Origin: Candidatus Krumholzibacteriia bacterium
GTDB taxonomy: Bacteria > Krumholzibacteriota > Krumholzibacteriia > Krumholzibacteriales > Krumholzibacteriaceae
Direction of reading: 5' to 3'
Assembly: GCA_963770685.1 (NCBI GenBank)
Contig: CAVYQN010000002.1
Span: 64,020-128,019, forward strand
DNA length: 64,000 nt
In this document: positions 18,981 through 28,778 of the stretch, one piece after another
How the letters are laid out: each line of letters opens with the position of its first letter
Position numbering within the stretch: the first letter of the stretch is position 1
Notes under the pieces: generated by a model
The model's input: the letters and a program-made list of their open reading frames with translations, nothing else
Told to the model about the DNA's origin: nothing
Database searches by the model: none
Made by a program: the position numbers and the translations under genes

Positions 18981-19535
18981 ATGACGGACGAGTCGGCGGG
19001 AATAGGCAAGGAAACCCTGGTCGCCTGGATAAAGGGCGATCAGAAGGCTTTCGAAGAGATTGTGAGGGCGTCGATGAAAAAGGCGTACGCCATGGCTCTC
19101 GGGCTGGTCGGAAACGTGGAGGACGCGCGGGACCTTTCCCAGGAGGCGTTCATGGCGGCCCACCGGGCCAGGGGGAGCTTCGATCCCGATCGCCCGTTCT
19201 TCCCCTGGTTCTACAGGATCCTTAGGAACAGGTGCCTGAATTTCATCCGAACCAGGTCGAAACGCGGCGAGATATCGATGGACGTCCTCGTCGAGAAGGA
19301 ATGCGGGCGGCCGCGGCCCGACGCGGTCGTAATGAACAGGGAGGATTCGAACGCCCTGTGGAAGGCGTTGTTCGGCCTGTCCGAGGAACACAGGGAGATA
19401 ATCGTGCTGCGAAATTTCCAGGGCCTTTCCTACAGGGAACTCTCCGAAGCTCTCGACATCTCGGAAGGGACCGTGATGTCGAGGTTGTTCTACGCGAGAA
19501 AAGCTCTTTACGACGCCCTGAAGGACAGGTTCTGA
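18981..19535 (+). CDS. RNA polymerase sigma-70 factor, ECF subfamily
   Basis: Region 2 (FFPWFYRILRNRCLNF) and region 4 (LSYRELSEALDISEGTVMSRLFYARKAL). Confidence 0.9.
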   Translation: MTDESAGIGKETLVAWIKGDQKAFEEIVRASMKKAYAMALGLVGNVEDARDLSQEAFMAAHRARGSFDPDRPFFPWFYRILRNRCLNFIRTRSKRGEISMDVLVEKECGRPRPDAVVMNREDSNALWKALFGLSEEHREIIVLRNFQGLSYRELSEALDISEGTVMSRLFYARKALYDALKDRF

Positions 19536-19559
19536 AAGCGGCGGCAATGAGAAGGTAGG

Positions 19560-19998
19560 ATGATGAGTTGTGACAGAATGGAAAATGACGGGATGCGCTA
19601 TATCGACGGCGAGATGACGCCGGCGCAGGCGGCCGAATTCGAGAGGCATCTCGAAGGTTGCGAAACATGCATGCGCTCGATCGCCGAACTCGGAAGGGTG
19701 GACTCCATGGCCGGCAGGATGCGCATAGCGGATCCGATGGATGTTTTCTGGGAAGGATACTGGAAATCGATATACAAGAGGGGCGAGCGCAGGACCGCGT
19801 GGATCCTGATCGTCGCTGGAGCGGCCGCGACCGTCCTGTTCGGGATCTTCGAGATAGGCCGGAATTTCGGTCCCGGTGACCTTCGTCAAGGTGGCCGCCA
19901 CGGTTCTGGCGGCCGGCATGGCGCTGCTGCTCGTTTCAGTGGTCAGGGAACGGGTTCATCAGAAGAAAACGGACAAGTACAGGGATATCATACGTTAG
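19560..19998 (+). CDS. Anti-sigma factor (zf-HC2 type, membrane-spanning); one frame break near 19865-19880
   Basis: HLEGCETCMRSI zinc-finger motif. TM helix WILIVAGAAATVLFGIF. After the break another frame gives VTFVKVAATVLAAGMALLLVSVVRERVHQKKTDKYRDIIR* (stop 19996-19998). Confidence 0.7.
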
Positions 19999-20032
19999 CG
20001 ACGGAGTATCTTTTACCGAGAGGTGTCATTCC

Positions 20033-20358
20033 ATGCTTATCGTCACGACAGACGGCGTACCCGGGAAAAAAATCGTCCGCGTGCTGGGCCTTGTGAAGGG
20101 AAATACCGTCCGGGCCCGCAACATCGGCAGGGACGTCATGGCCTTTTTGAGGAATGTCGCCGGCGGCGAGATCGTGGAGTACACCAAGATGCTCGCCGAA
20201 TCGCGCGAGCAATCCCTCGACAGGATGGTCGTCGAAGCGGAGGAGATGGGGGCGAACGCGATCGTCGCGTGCAGGTTCACGACGGCGTCGATGATGGAAG
20301 GGCGCCGCCGAGCTGCTCGTTTACGGCACGGGGGTGGTTGGTGGAGGACGATAAATGA
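20033..20358 (+). CDS. YbjQ/UPF0145 family protein; two frame breaks in the last 60 nt
   Basis: MLIVTTDGVPGKKIVRVLGLVKGNTVRARNIGRD..GANAIVACRFTTASMMEG, then AAELLVYGTGVV and VEDDK* in the other two frames. Stop 20356-20358 overlaps the next ATG. Confidence 0.7.
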
Positions 20359-21218
20359 TATTGGGAGGGTTCAGGCTTCAGGCGATCGAGACCGGCTCGT
20401 TCAGGCTCGACGGCGGCGCGATGTTCGGCGTGGTTCCGAAGGCTCTGTGGGAGAAGACGAATCCCGCGGACGCGGGCAACCGCATCTCGATGCACATGAG
20501 AATGCTTTACGGCGAGAAGGGAAACCGCAGGTTCGCCGTGGACAGCGGAGCGGGGACGAAGCTCGACGAAAAGATGATGAAGAACTACGAGATCGAATGC
20601 GGCCCGCTCGGAGAGCTGCTCCTGTCGAAGGAGATAGACCCGGAGGCGGTGACGGACGTCATCGTCACCCATCTTCATTTCGACCACGCCGGCGGGTACA
20701 CCTATTTCGACGGGGACGGCAGGGTCAGGCTGACCTTCCCCAACGCCGTCCACCACATCCAGAGACGGCAGTGGGAGGCGGCGCTGGAGCCGAACGAAAA
20801 GGACAGGGCGAGCTTTTTCCCGGTCGATTTCCTCCCGATCAGGGACGAGGGGCGGCTCGATCTCGTCGACGGCGAGAAGGAGATTTTCGAGGGAGTCCGC
20901 CTGGTCCCCACCGACGGACATACCCCGGGGCACCAGGTGGCCCTCGTGGAGTCGGAAGGCCGGACGCTTATGTACTGCGCCGACCTGATCCCGCTCGCTT
21001 CGCACGTCAACCTGCCGTGGATAATGGCGTACGATCATTTCCCGCTGTACACGCTGGCCGAAAAGAAGAAGCTTCTCGCGAGGGCCGCGGAAGGGGGATG
21101 GATCCTTTTCTTCGAGCACGACCCAGCCGTCGCCGCGTGCCGGGTGGCGCGCAACGAAAAGGGAAGGTACGACATCATCTCGATCCTCTCCACGGAGGAA
21201 TTCCAGGAGATGAAATAG
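20355..21218 (+). CDS. MBL-fold metallo-hydrolase
   Basis: Intact track ORF. VTHLHFDHAGG motif, TDGHTPGH. Confidence 0.85.
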   Translation: MILGGFRLQAIETGSFRLDGGAMFGVVPKALWEKTNPADAGNRISMHMRMLYGEKGNRRFAVDSGAGTKLDEKMMKNYEIECGPLGELLLSKEIDPEAVTDVIVTHLHFDHAGGYTYFDGDGRVRLTFPNAVHHIQRRQWEAALEPNEKDRASFFPVDFLPIRDEGRLDLVDGEKEIFEGVRLVPTDGHTPGHQVALVESEGRTLMYCADLIPLASHVNLPWIMAYDHFPLYTLAEKKKLLARAAEGGWILFFEHDPAVAACRVARNEKGRYDIISILSTEEFQEMK

Positions 21219-21230
21219 GGGCGCGGGCGG

Positions 21231-21917
21231 TTACCACAGCCTGAAACCGGCCGTGATGTAATAATACACTCCGCTGAAATCGAGAACCACGGGATCCCCG
21301 GAAATGTAATGTTCGGCGATTTCGTCGAATTTGTTTTTCAAGTCGGAGATCTCGAGGCTCCTGTATCCGAGCATGAATCCCACTTCGACCGGACGGATGA
21401 AGGTCGATGTCGCCTCCGCGAAAAGATCCCATCCATAGGAGTTGTTTTTGTATTCCTCGAGCGACGAGTTGTGCGTGAATTCGTTGGAGCCGTAGACCGT
21501 GCTGCCGAAGAGGCCCCGGGCGGAGAGATTGACGTCGAGAAGGTCGGGAACCTCGTAGACCTTCACCGCCGCTCCGAGAAGGAGCGTGTTCGTGGGAGCT
21601 TTGAACAGGAGCCCGTAGGAGCCGGCGTCTATCGACGCCTCTATCCAGTAGTGCTCCCAGCCCGCGACGGCTGCCACGCGGTTGTAAAACCAGACCCTCC
21701 CCTCGAGATAAACCTGGAATCCGTTGTCGATGGAGACGAGATCGGTGCCGAGGTTCTCCCTTAGCAGGCTGAAATGATCGTTGATGGCGCCCATCGATAC
21801 GTAAGCCTGGCCTATGCCCCCCTTGGCCGAGAAGCTCACCGGCACCTTTCCGGCATGGCAGGCTGATGCGGCCGCCAGCATCGATACGACAACCAGGGTT
21901 CCGAGACTTCTTTTCAC
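21231..21917 (-). CDS. Predicted outer-membrane beta-barrel protein (hypothetical)
   Basis: GTG 21917 preceded by AAAGGAG. Signal VKRSLGTLVVVSMLAAASACHA. Alternating-hydrophobic strands. C-terminal ..YYYITAGFRLW* aromatic terminus. The rest of track ORF 21231..22451 is junk. Confidence 0.6.
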   Translation of the reverse strand: MKRSLGTLVVVSMLAAASACHAGKVPVSFSAKGGIGQAYVSMGAINDHFSLLRENLGTDLVSIDNGFQVYLEGRVWFYNRVAAVAGWEHYWIEASIDAGSYGLLFKAPTNTLLLGAAVKVYEVPDLLDVNLSARGLFGSTVYGSNEFTHNSSLEEYKNNSYGWDLFAEATSTFIRPVEVGFMLGYRSLEISDLKNKFDEIAEHYISGDPVVLDFSGVYYYITAGFRLW

Positions 21918-21955
21918 CGGGGTCTCCTTTCGTTGAGAACAGCCGCGTCGCCTCC

Positions 21956-23107
21956 TCAGACTGCGCACCGGCCCTCGAGATATCCTTCCAGCCTGTCCAT
22001 CCCTTCCTTCAGGTTTTCCAGCGAATTGGCGTACGAGATTCTGAGATACCCTTCGCCTCTCTCTCCGAAATCGATTCCCGGGGTGAGGGCGACCCCCGCC
22101 TTCTCGAGGATATCGAAGGCGAGGCGGTACGAGTTCGAATCGATGTGCCCGGCTCTGACGAATATGTAGAAGGCTCCCTTCGGTTCGACTGCGCAGCGAA
22201 GGCCGAGCGACTCGAGGCGGCCGAGAAGAAAGAGCCGACGTTCGTCGTACAACGCGACCATTTCGCCGATTTCGGGATGGCTCTGCCGGAGCGCCGCGAC
22301 GGCGGCTCTTTGAACGAACGATCCGGGGCAGATGAAAAAATTCTGTTGAAGGATCTGGATCCTCCTCAGCGCGCCCTCGGGCAGTATGGCGTATCCGAGG
22401 CGCCATCCGGTCATCGCGAATAGTTTCGAGAAGCCGTTGAGGACGTAGCACCGGTCGCTGAATTCGAGCGCCGAGCGCTCCCTCTCGCCGTATACGAGGC
22501 CGTGATATATCTCGTCGCTTATGACGGGCACGCCCAGCGACACTATCGCTTCGATGTCTTCCGGAGGAATCAGGGTCCCCGTGGGATTCGCCGGGGAATT
22601 GATCATGACGGCCCTGGTCGCCGGCCCGATCGCCTTCCGACGTCGGCGGGCCTTAGCTGAAATCCCTCCTCCTCCCTTGTCGGGATGAATTTCGGCCTTG
22701 CTCCGACGTACCTCGTGAAGTTGGGATAGCACGGATAGCATGGGTCGCCCATGATGATCTCGTCGCCGTTATTTTCCGCGAGCGAAGAAAGGACGAGAAG
22801 CAGGGCCGGGGAGACCCCCATCGTCACGATCACCCTTTCGGGATCGACGGTGGCGCCGTACCGTTTCGCCGCAGTATTCCGCGATGGCGAGGCGAAGTTC
22901 GGGAATGCCCCTGCTGTCCGTGTAATGCGTGTCGCCCGCCAGAAGCGATTCGATCCCCGCCCGGATTATTTTTTTTGGAGTGGGGAAATCGGGTTCGCCG
23001 ATCTCCATGTGAATTATCGAACGTCCCTTTTTCTCGAGCTCGAGCGCCCGTTCGAGGACTTCCATTACCATGAAGGGTTTTATCGACTCAATGACGGTCC
23101 TGTCCAT
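21956..23107 (-). CDS. Class I/II pyridoxal-phosphate aminotransferase; 2 frame breaks (near 22650 and 22860)
   Basis: Fragments in track ORFs 22769..23173 (MDRTVIESIKPFMVMEVLE..HMEIGEPDFPTP), 22603..22833 and 21956..22741 (NSPANPTG, NGFSKLFAMTGWRLGY). Confidence 0.75.
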
Positions 23108-23177
23108 CAGATCGCACTCTTTTCCGCAAAGCCCTGAAGAAAAATAATCCCTGCGCGGGAACAAGTCAAACATATCG

Positions 23178-23948
23178 TCATGGGGAAGGTCCGATAGCGG
23201 CGATCGTCCAGTGCCTTCCAGTCCTGCCTCCGTCCCTCCGGTACGAATAGCAAAGGTCCGCGCTGCACGAAGTGCAGAGGCCGGCGCTCTTGACGTTCTC
23301 CCGCCTCAGGCCCGCCTTCAGCAGTTCCATCTCGCAGAAGCGAAGGAGATCGAGGCGATGTATCCCGTTTTCCGTTCTGACCGTTTCGGTGGGGAATCCG
23401 GCGGCGTCGTCCCCGCTCACAGCGTAACAGTCCCCGCATATCCCGGGGCCGGCGACGGCGATCGCTGTATACGGATCGATATGATACGCGTCGTAGAGGA
23501 TGCCGAAGGCCTTGCCGATGATGCCGGCGCCCGCCCCCGCGCGCCCGACGTGAAGGGCGGCGAGCACCTTTTCCGTGGGCGAGTAAATGAACACCGGATA
23601 GCAGTCAGCCGTGCTGATCGCGAGGGCGAGGCCCCTTCGCGTCGTGATCAGGCCGTCGGTCCCCTCGCGGAGGCCCCCCGAGTCGACCGTCTCGATTCGC
23701 GTCCCGTGCACCTGCCGCCCCCTCGCGACCGCTTCGGGCGCGAATCCGATCGAATCGAGCAGTTTCCCCCGGTTGAGCCGCACCGCTTCCGGATCGTCGC
23801 CGAGCCCTTCGCCGAGATTGAGCGAATCGAAGGGAGGCTCGCTGAATCCTCCGATCCTGGAGCAGAAAATGAGGTCGAGCTCCGGCGCGAGTATCCCGAG
23901 CGAAACGAAACCGCCCAGCTTCAATCCGTTCTTTTCGGTCCAGTGCAT
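23178..23948 (-). CDS. pgeF: YfiH/PgeF (DUF152) purine nucleoside phosphorylase / peptidoglycan editing factor family
   Basis: Intact ORF. QVHGTRI, ISTADCYPVF, ALHVGRAG, YSYRRDG motifs. Confidence 0.85.
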   Translation of the reverse strand: MHWTEKNGLKLGGFVSLGILAPELDLIFCSRIGGFSEPPFDSLNLGEGLGDDPEAVRLNRGKLLDSIGFAPEAVARGRQVHGTRIETVDSGGLREGTDGLITTRRGLALAISTADCYPVFIYSPTEKVLAALHVGRAGAGAGIIGKAFGILYDAYHIDPYTAIAVAGPGICGDCYAVSGDDAAGFPTETVRTENGIHRLDLLRFCEMELLKAGLRRENVKSAGLCTSCSADLCYSYRRDGGRTGRHWTIAAIGPSP

Positions 23949-24033
23949 TTTGCGCCTTCGAGTTCGGTTGACAACAAAGCCCGGTTGAGGGATAACTTGT
24001 CACGGGAAACGATGATAACATGCCGGGAGGAAT

Positions 24034-25227
24034 ATGATGAGCTTTTTCGAAGGGTACAGATGCGGCAATTGCGAAAGGGAGGTTCCCGAAGGGTCGCTCG
24101 CGGGGGAGTGTCCGTCATGTTCGGGCCCGCTTCTCGGACGGTACGATCTCGCGATGCTCCGCGGCAGCGTGACTAGGGAGGAGTTTCTCTCGGCGGGGGA
24201 GGGGATATGGAGGTTCAGGGAGCTGCTCCCTCCCTTCAGGCGGGAGATTTCGCTCGGAGAGGGAAGCACCCCGATGATCGACGCCCGCAGGCTGGCCGGG
24301 AAAACGGGCATGAAACGGCTTTTCATAAAGGACGAGTCGGCCAACCCCACCGGGTCCTTCAAGGCGCGCGGGATGGCGGCCGCCGTCTCGAGGGCCGTGG
24401 ACCTGGGAGCCCGCCGCGTATGGATGCCTTCGGCCGGCAACGCAGGCCTCGCGCTTTCCGCATATGCCGCTTCGTGCGGCCTCGAGGCGAGAATCTATGT
24501 GCCGGAGTCGACGCCGCAGGGCGTCGCGGAGGAATGCAGGGCGTACGGCGCCGAGGTGGTCGTCTGCCCGGGCATGCTGCCCAACGCGGCCGCCCGGATG
24601 CGCGCCGATATGACGGGCGGCGACGAGGTCGATCTCGGGACCTTCAGGGAGCCCTGCCGGGTCGAGGGGAAAAAGACGATCGCGTTCGAGATCGAGGATC
24701 AGCTCGGCGGCGATTCCCCCGACTGGATCATATTCCCGACCGGAGGCGGGACCGGCATCGTGGCGATCTGGAAAGCGTACAGGGAAATGGAAGAGCTTGG
24801 ATGGCTTCGCGGGAAACGCCCGGGGATGATCGCCGTTCAATCGACCGGTTGCGCCCCCGTGGTAAGGGCGATCGAGTCGGGGGCCGGGGCGGTCGAGACA
24901 TGGCGGGACCCGGAGACGGTCGCTTCGGGGATCAGGGTCCCGGGCTCCAGAGCAGGCAGGCAGATACTGGAAGGCCTTCGCGACACCGGTGGTACGGCCG
25001 TGGCGGTGGCTGACAAGGACATTATCGGCGCCGCGGGGATGATGGCCGCTTTCAGCGGCGTGTTCCCGTCCCCCGAAGGGGCCGCCGCCCTCGCCGGCCT
25101 GATTTCCCTCCTCGAATCGGGCCGCGTCGACCCGTCCGACAGGGTTGTGCTCGTCAACACGGCCGGATGGTCCCGGTACAGGTTCATGCTCGACCCATTC
25201 AGCGGCGGGCCTTCGTTCAGCCGCTGA
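24034..25227 (+). CDS. thrC: Threonine synthase (PLP-dependent), with N-terminal Cys4 zinc ribbon
   Basis: YRCGNCEREV..CPSCSG; NPTGSFKARG (PLP lysine). Intact ORF. Confidence 0.85.
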   Translation: MMSFFEGYRCGNCEREVPEGSLAGECPSCSGPLLGRYDLAMLRGSVTREEFLSAGEGIWRFRELLPPFRREISLGEGSTPMIDARRLAGKTGMKRLFIKDESANPTGSFKARGMAAAVSRAVDLGARRVWMPSAGNAGLALSAYAASCGLEARIYVPESTPQGVAEECRAYGAEVVVCPGMLPNAAARMRADMTGGDEVDLGTFREPCRVEGKKTIAFEIEDQLGGDSPDWIIFPTGGGTGIVAIWKAYREMEELGWLRGKRPGMIAVQSTGCAPVVRAIESGAGAVETWRDPETVASGIRVPGSRAGRQILEGLRDTGGTAVAVADKDIIGAAGMMAAFSGVFPSPEGAAALAGLISLLESGRVDPSDRVVLVNTAGWSRYRFMLDPFSGGPSFSR

Positions 25228-25312
25228 CATGCCGGGACGCTTTGAGGCGGGAGCCCGGACAGCCACGGGCGGATAGCGGGAACCCGCCCCCGTGGAATCG
25301 AGCTCCGGCGAT

Positions 25313-25340
25313 AAAAAAAGGGGATGCAGGCCGCATCCCC
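25313..25340 (-). terminator. Rho-independent terminator for the minus-strand gene ending at 25368 (may also serve thrC)
   Basis: Perfect 8-bp stem 25320-25327/25333-25340 (GGGGATGC/GCATCCCC), 5-nt loop, A7 at 25313-25319 = U7 on the minus strand. Lies 28 nt after the stop. Confidence 0.7.
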
Positions 25341-25367
25341 TTGGAATCATTCGCCGTATTAAGATAT

Positions 25368-27277
25368 TCAGCGTTTCTTTGCCCGTCCGGAGTCGCCGCT
25401 CCTGCCCGTCGAGGAGGAGCCGCTCCTGCCTCCGCCGTTGCTCGGGCTGGACGATGAACGCGAGGGGGACGGGTTTGAAGAGGAATTATATTTCCTCACC
25501 GATTCGTTGCCGCCGTTGCCTCGGGTTTCCCGCGAAGGGGTCTCGGGCTTCCTGACCGTCCGCTCCGGAGTCGAGACCCTTTCGGTCCTTTTCCTCGGCT
25601 CGGGTTCCCTTTTCCTGGTCTCGGTTTCCCTTGTCCTGTTGGGAGAGACGGCTCTTTCCCTCGCCGGATCGGAGCGGTCCGCGTCCCTGCTCTTCCATAT
25701 GCGGCTCCTCGAACTCTTTTCCGAGCCGGAAGATTTCCGGGTCTCCATGCGCCTCGTGCCGGAGTCGGACGACGGCGCCGCCCTGTCAACGGTTCGGCTC
25801 CGCCGCGTCTCGCCGGATCCGGCCGACGATCCGGTCCTTCCGTCGCTGCCGTAAATCACCCTCCTGCGGGCCGTGTTGTTTTCCGTTCCCCGCATGGAGG
25901 ATCCGTCCAGCGCGCTTCTTCGCGCCGCGATGTTTTCGGCGGTGCTTTTCACCCGTTCCTGTCTCCTGGCCGACGCCGCGGCGGTCTTCGTCTCGCCCAG
26001 CCTGCTGTCGGCGATCGTCTTGGCTCTGGACGATCTGACCGTGGAAGCGTTGTAGTCCATGCTTCGCTTGGTGAAGCTCCTGCCGGCGTATATCGATCTG
26101 CGGTCGCGTTCGTTATCGTAGTCGTAATAATCATGGAAATAATTGTGGTGGTGCCAGGGCGAGAACCCCCATCCGGTGTAACAGTAATTGTAGCCGTACA
26201 TGCAGTTCCAGTTGTACCAGTCGTAGCGGTATGCGTACCAGGAATGGTACGGCCAGCGATGGTAATAATAATCGTCCCAGCCCCACGTGGTGTAAAATCC
26301 CCATCCCCACGGATCGTAGTCCCATCCCCACGGGTCGTAGGAGGAGAAATACCAGCTTCTGTAGGCCGGATAGTAGAACCTGTAGGGGTAGTCGTAGTTG
26401 GTGTAATATATCGAGAGGTATACGTTCGAATCGTAGTCGTTGTAATAATCCTCGTCGTCCCAGCCGCCCGAGATGTCGTCCGCGTAGCCGGGAGAAGCGT
26501 AATAATCGTCCTCTTCATCCACGTGCCTGACGGCGTAGAGCGCCGGGTACGGGTAACTCAGGTCGTCCTCGTTCTCGAATTCGAATCTCTCTATGTATAT
26601 CTCCGGGCATTCCATGGCGTAGGGATCGCTGATCTTTCCCTCGCCATGGCATTTCGAACAGAGATAGCGGGGATAATCGACCTTTTTATTGATGTAGAAC
26701 CAGGTGTAGTCGGTCGCCGGCGGAAAATCCGGGGCGTCGTGTATCAGAGCCTCGTCTATCATGTTGAACGCGAGGAGCGGATCGGAATCGATCACGAGGC
26801 GGCTGCCTTCGGGAGCGCCGGCGTTTCGCGCCAGATGAAGCAATTCGCTCGGTGTCGATCCTGCTCGCGCCGGTGACGGCGACGGCGTGGATGTATTCGA
26901 CGCCGGTCCTGCCGCCCGCGCGCCACTTTATCCCTCCGTCCCTTTCGGGGAGGAAATGGACATTGTTACCCGGAACCTTCTTCAGGATCCCGCCGTTCGG
27001 GAAGAGGAGCTGGACGACACCCTTCGCTGTCTATGCCGTAGACGATGACGTAGGCGTCCTTGCTCGTCTGGAAGGTAAGGTTGATTTCCCGCCCCGGCAT
27101 GAATACCGAGCCCTTGCCTCCTATAAGGCGAAGCGAAAGCTCCACGTCGCCGGGTGCCCGCGAATATGAGGCGGATGAATTCGTCGTGATCTCGACGGGG
27201 TAAGCGGACGCGGCGCCCGCATGTATCGCGAAAACGACCAGAAGGAAGAGCAACAGCCTTGGTTTCATTACACTCAC
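25368..27277 (-). CDS. Secreted DUF4384-like protein with Tyr/Trp/Asp-rich core (WGW-type repeats) and Ser/Arg-rich tail; 2 frame breaks
   Basis: Track ORF 26966..27277 (signal MSVMKPRLLLFLLVVFAIHAGAASA; ..YVIVYGIDSEG). An intermediate frame reads VVQLLFPNGGILKKVPGNNVHFLPERDGGIKWRAGGRTGVEYIHAVAVTG. Then track ORF 25368..26843. Confidence 0.6.
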
Positions 27278-27599
27278 TCCCTCCAGGGGTTGTTAAGCCG
27301 TGAAGTGTCCCGCGCCTCCGCCGTCCGGTGGCCCGGGAACCCCTCATCACTAGTAGTATAGTGATATTCGGCGATTATTACAAGGCAAACCCGGGTTCCC
27401 AGCCATCATCCGCCCCCTCCCTGTCCGGAAAGGCGCGCCCCGACGGTTCGCTCCATACTATTTGTACGTTTGAGCGCGCCCGAAGTTTCGGTTTTGGAAC
27501 CGTTTCGGGACCGCCGGCCTGCGGCCCGAATGAAACTAACTTGACCCCGGATATGTACAATGGTAAGGTGCGCTGTGGCATTGCAAAAGGAGGATGTTT

Positions 27600-28290
27600 A
27601 TGGGGTTCGACGGGTCGCCGATTTTCATGCAGACGTCCGGCAGCTTCGCGGAGCTGGTTTTCAATACAGGCGCGCTGGCGATGATCATCCTGATCATTCT
27701 TGTCCTGCTCTCGGTCGTGTCGTGGACGATAATGTTCGAGAAGGTCAGGTTGTTCGCCAGATCCGGAAGGCAGAGCGCCGCGTTCCTCAATCTTTTCAGG
27801 GGCGAGAAGATCCCTGAAGCAGCTCACCGTGGTGGCCGGGACCTTTCCCGATTCCCTCGAAGCGAGATTGACACAATCCCTTGGAAAGGAAATCGCCGAC
27901 GGAGAATTGAGGGACCTGTCGAACCTCGACGCGGTCATCGAGTCCAGGATCGGCATGCTCGTCTCGGAATGGGAATCGTATCTGATATTCCTTTCGACGA
28001 CGGCGACCGTCTCGCCGTTTCTGGGGCTTCTCGGCACGGTATGGGGCATCATGAGCTCCTTCATGAGCATGGGGGACAAGGGCTCGGCCGATCTCTACGT
28101 GATAGGGCCGGGGATCGCGGACGCCCTGATCACCACGATATTCGGCCTCGGGGCCGCGATTCCAGCCGTCATCGGATACAACGCGATCCTGAGAGTCGTC
28201 AGGAGAAGGAGCGATGAGTTGTCCTCCTTCTCGGTCCGCCTCAAGACGCGCATCCTCGAGCGCAGGTACTCGGAACTCGAAAAAAGCTAG
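27600..28290 (+). CDS. tolQ: Tol-Pal system protein TolQ (MotA/TolQ/ExbB proton channel); frame break at the C3 run 27812-27814
   Basis: Track ORFs 27594..28217 (N-terminal part) and 27829..28290 (LGLLGTVWGIMSSF, GIADALITTIFGL). AAGGAGG lies 6 nt upstream of ATG 27600. Confidence 0.85.
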
Positions 28291-28351
28291 GCGGCCCGAA
28301 CGCCGCCCCGGCGGCCGGGGATCGGTCGGCCGTCAATCACTTCAGGAGGAA

Positions 28352-28754
28352 ATGATGATGCGCAGTCGCTATTCATCGATGGCGGAAATCAACATAACCA
28401 ACCTGGTGGACGTCATGATGGTGCTGCTGATCGTGTTCATGCTCACCGCCCCCTTCCTTCAGGCCGGGGTCAGGCTGAGCCTACCGAAGGCCGAGGCCAA
28501 GGTTATCGAAGAGCGCGAGGGAGTGACGATCTCCATAGACAAGGAAGGGGATGATATTCATCGGGAAGGAGCAGGTCAAGTGGGAGGATTTCGCCTCGAA
28601 GCTTCGCAAGGCTCTTGAAACGGACGAATCGAGGGTCTTTCTCAGGGCCGACAAGGACGCGAGGTACGGTTCGGTGATGAGGGTCATCGCGCGCGTAAAG
28701 ATGCTGGGGATCGAGGATCTCGGGCTGATAGCGGAGCAGGATGAGAAACGCTGA
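28352..28754 (+). CDS. tolR: Tol-Pal system protein TolR (ExbD/TolR family); frame break at the G4 run 28547-28550
   Basis: MMMRSRYSSMAEINITNLVDVMMVLLIVFM..GVTISIDKEG, then track ORF 28551..28754 (VFLRADKDARYGSVMRVIARV). Confidence 0.85.
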
Positions 28755-28778
28755 TCCCGAAGCGGAGGGTCCGGGAGG

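Noticed and set aside
26133-26876. 247-aa plus-strand ORF opposite the Tyr/Trp-rich region
   Set aside because: Val/Pro/Ile-rich mirror image of the Tyr/Asp codons (GTA/GTC versus TAC/GAC). It has no start context or terminator, while the minus-strand frame has a signal peptide, a domain and a terminator.
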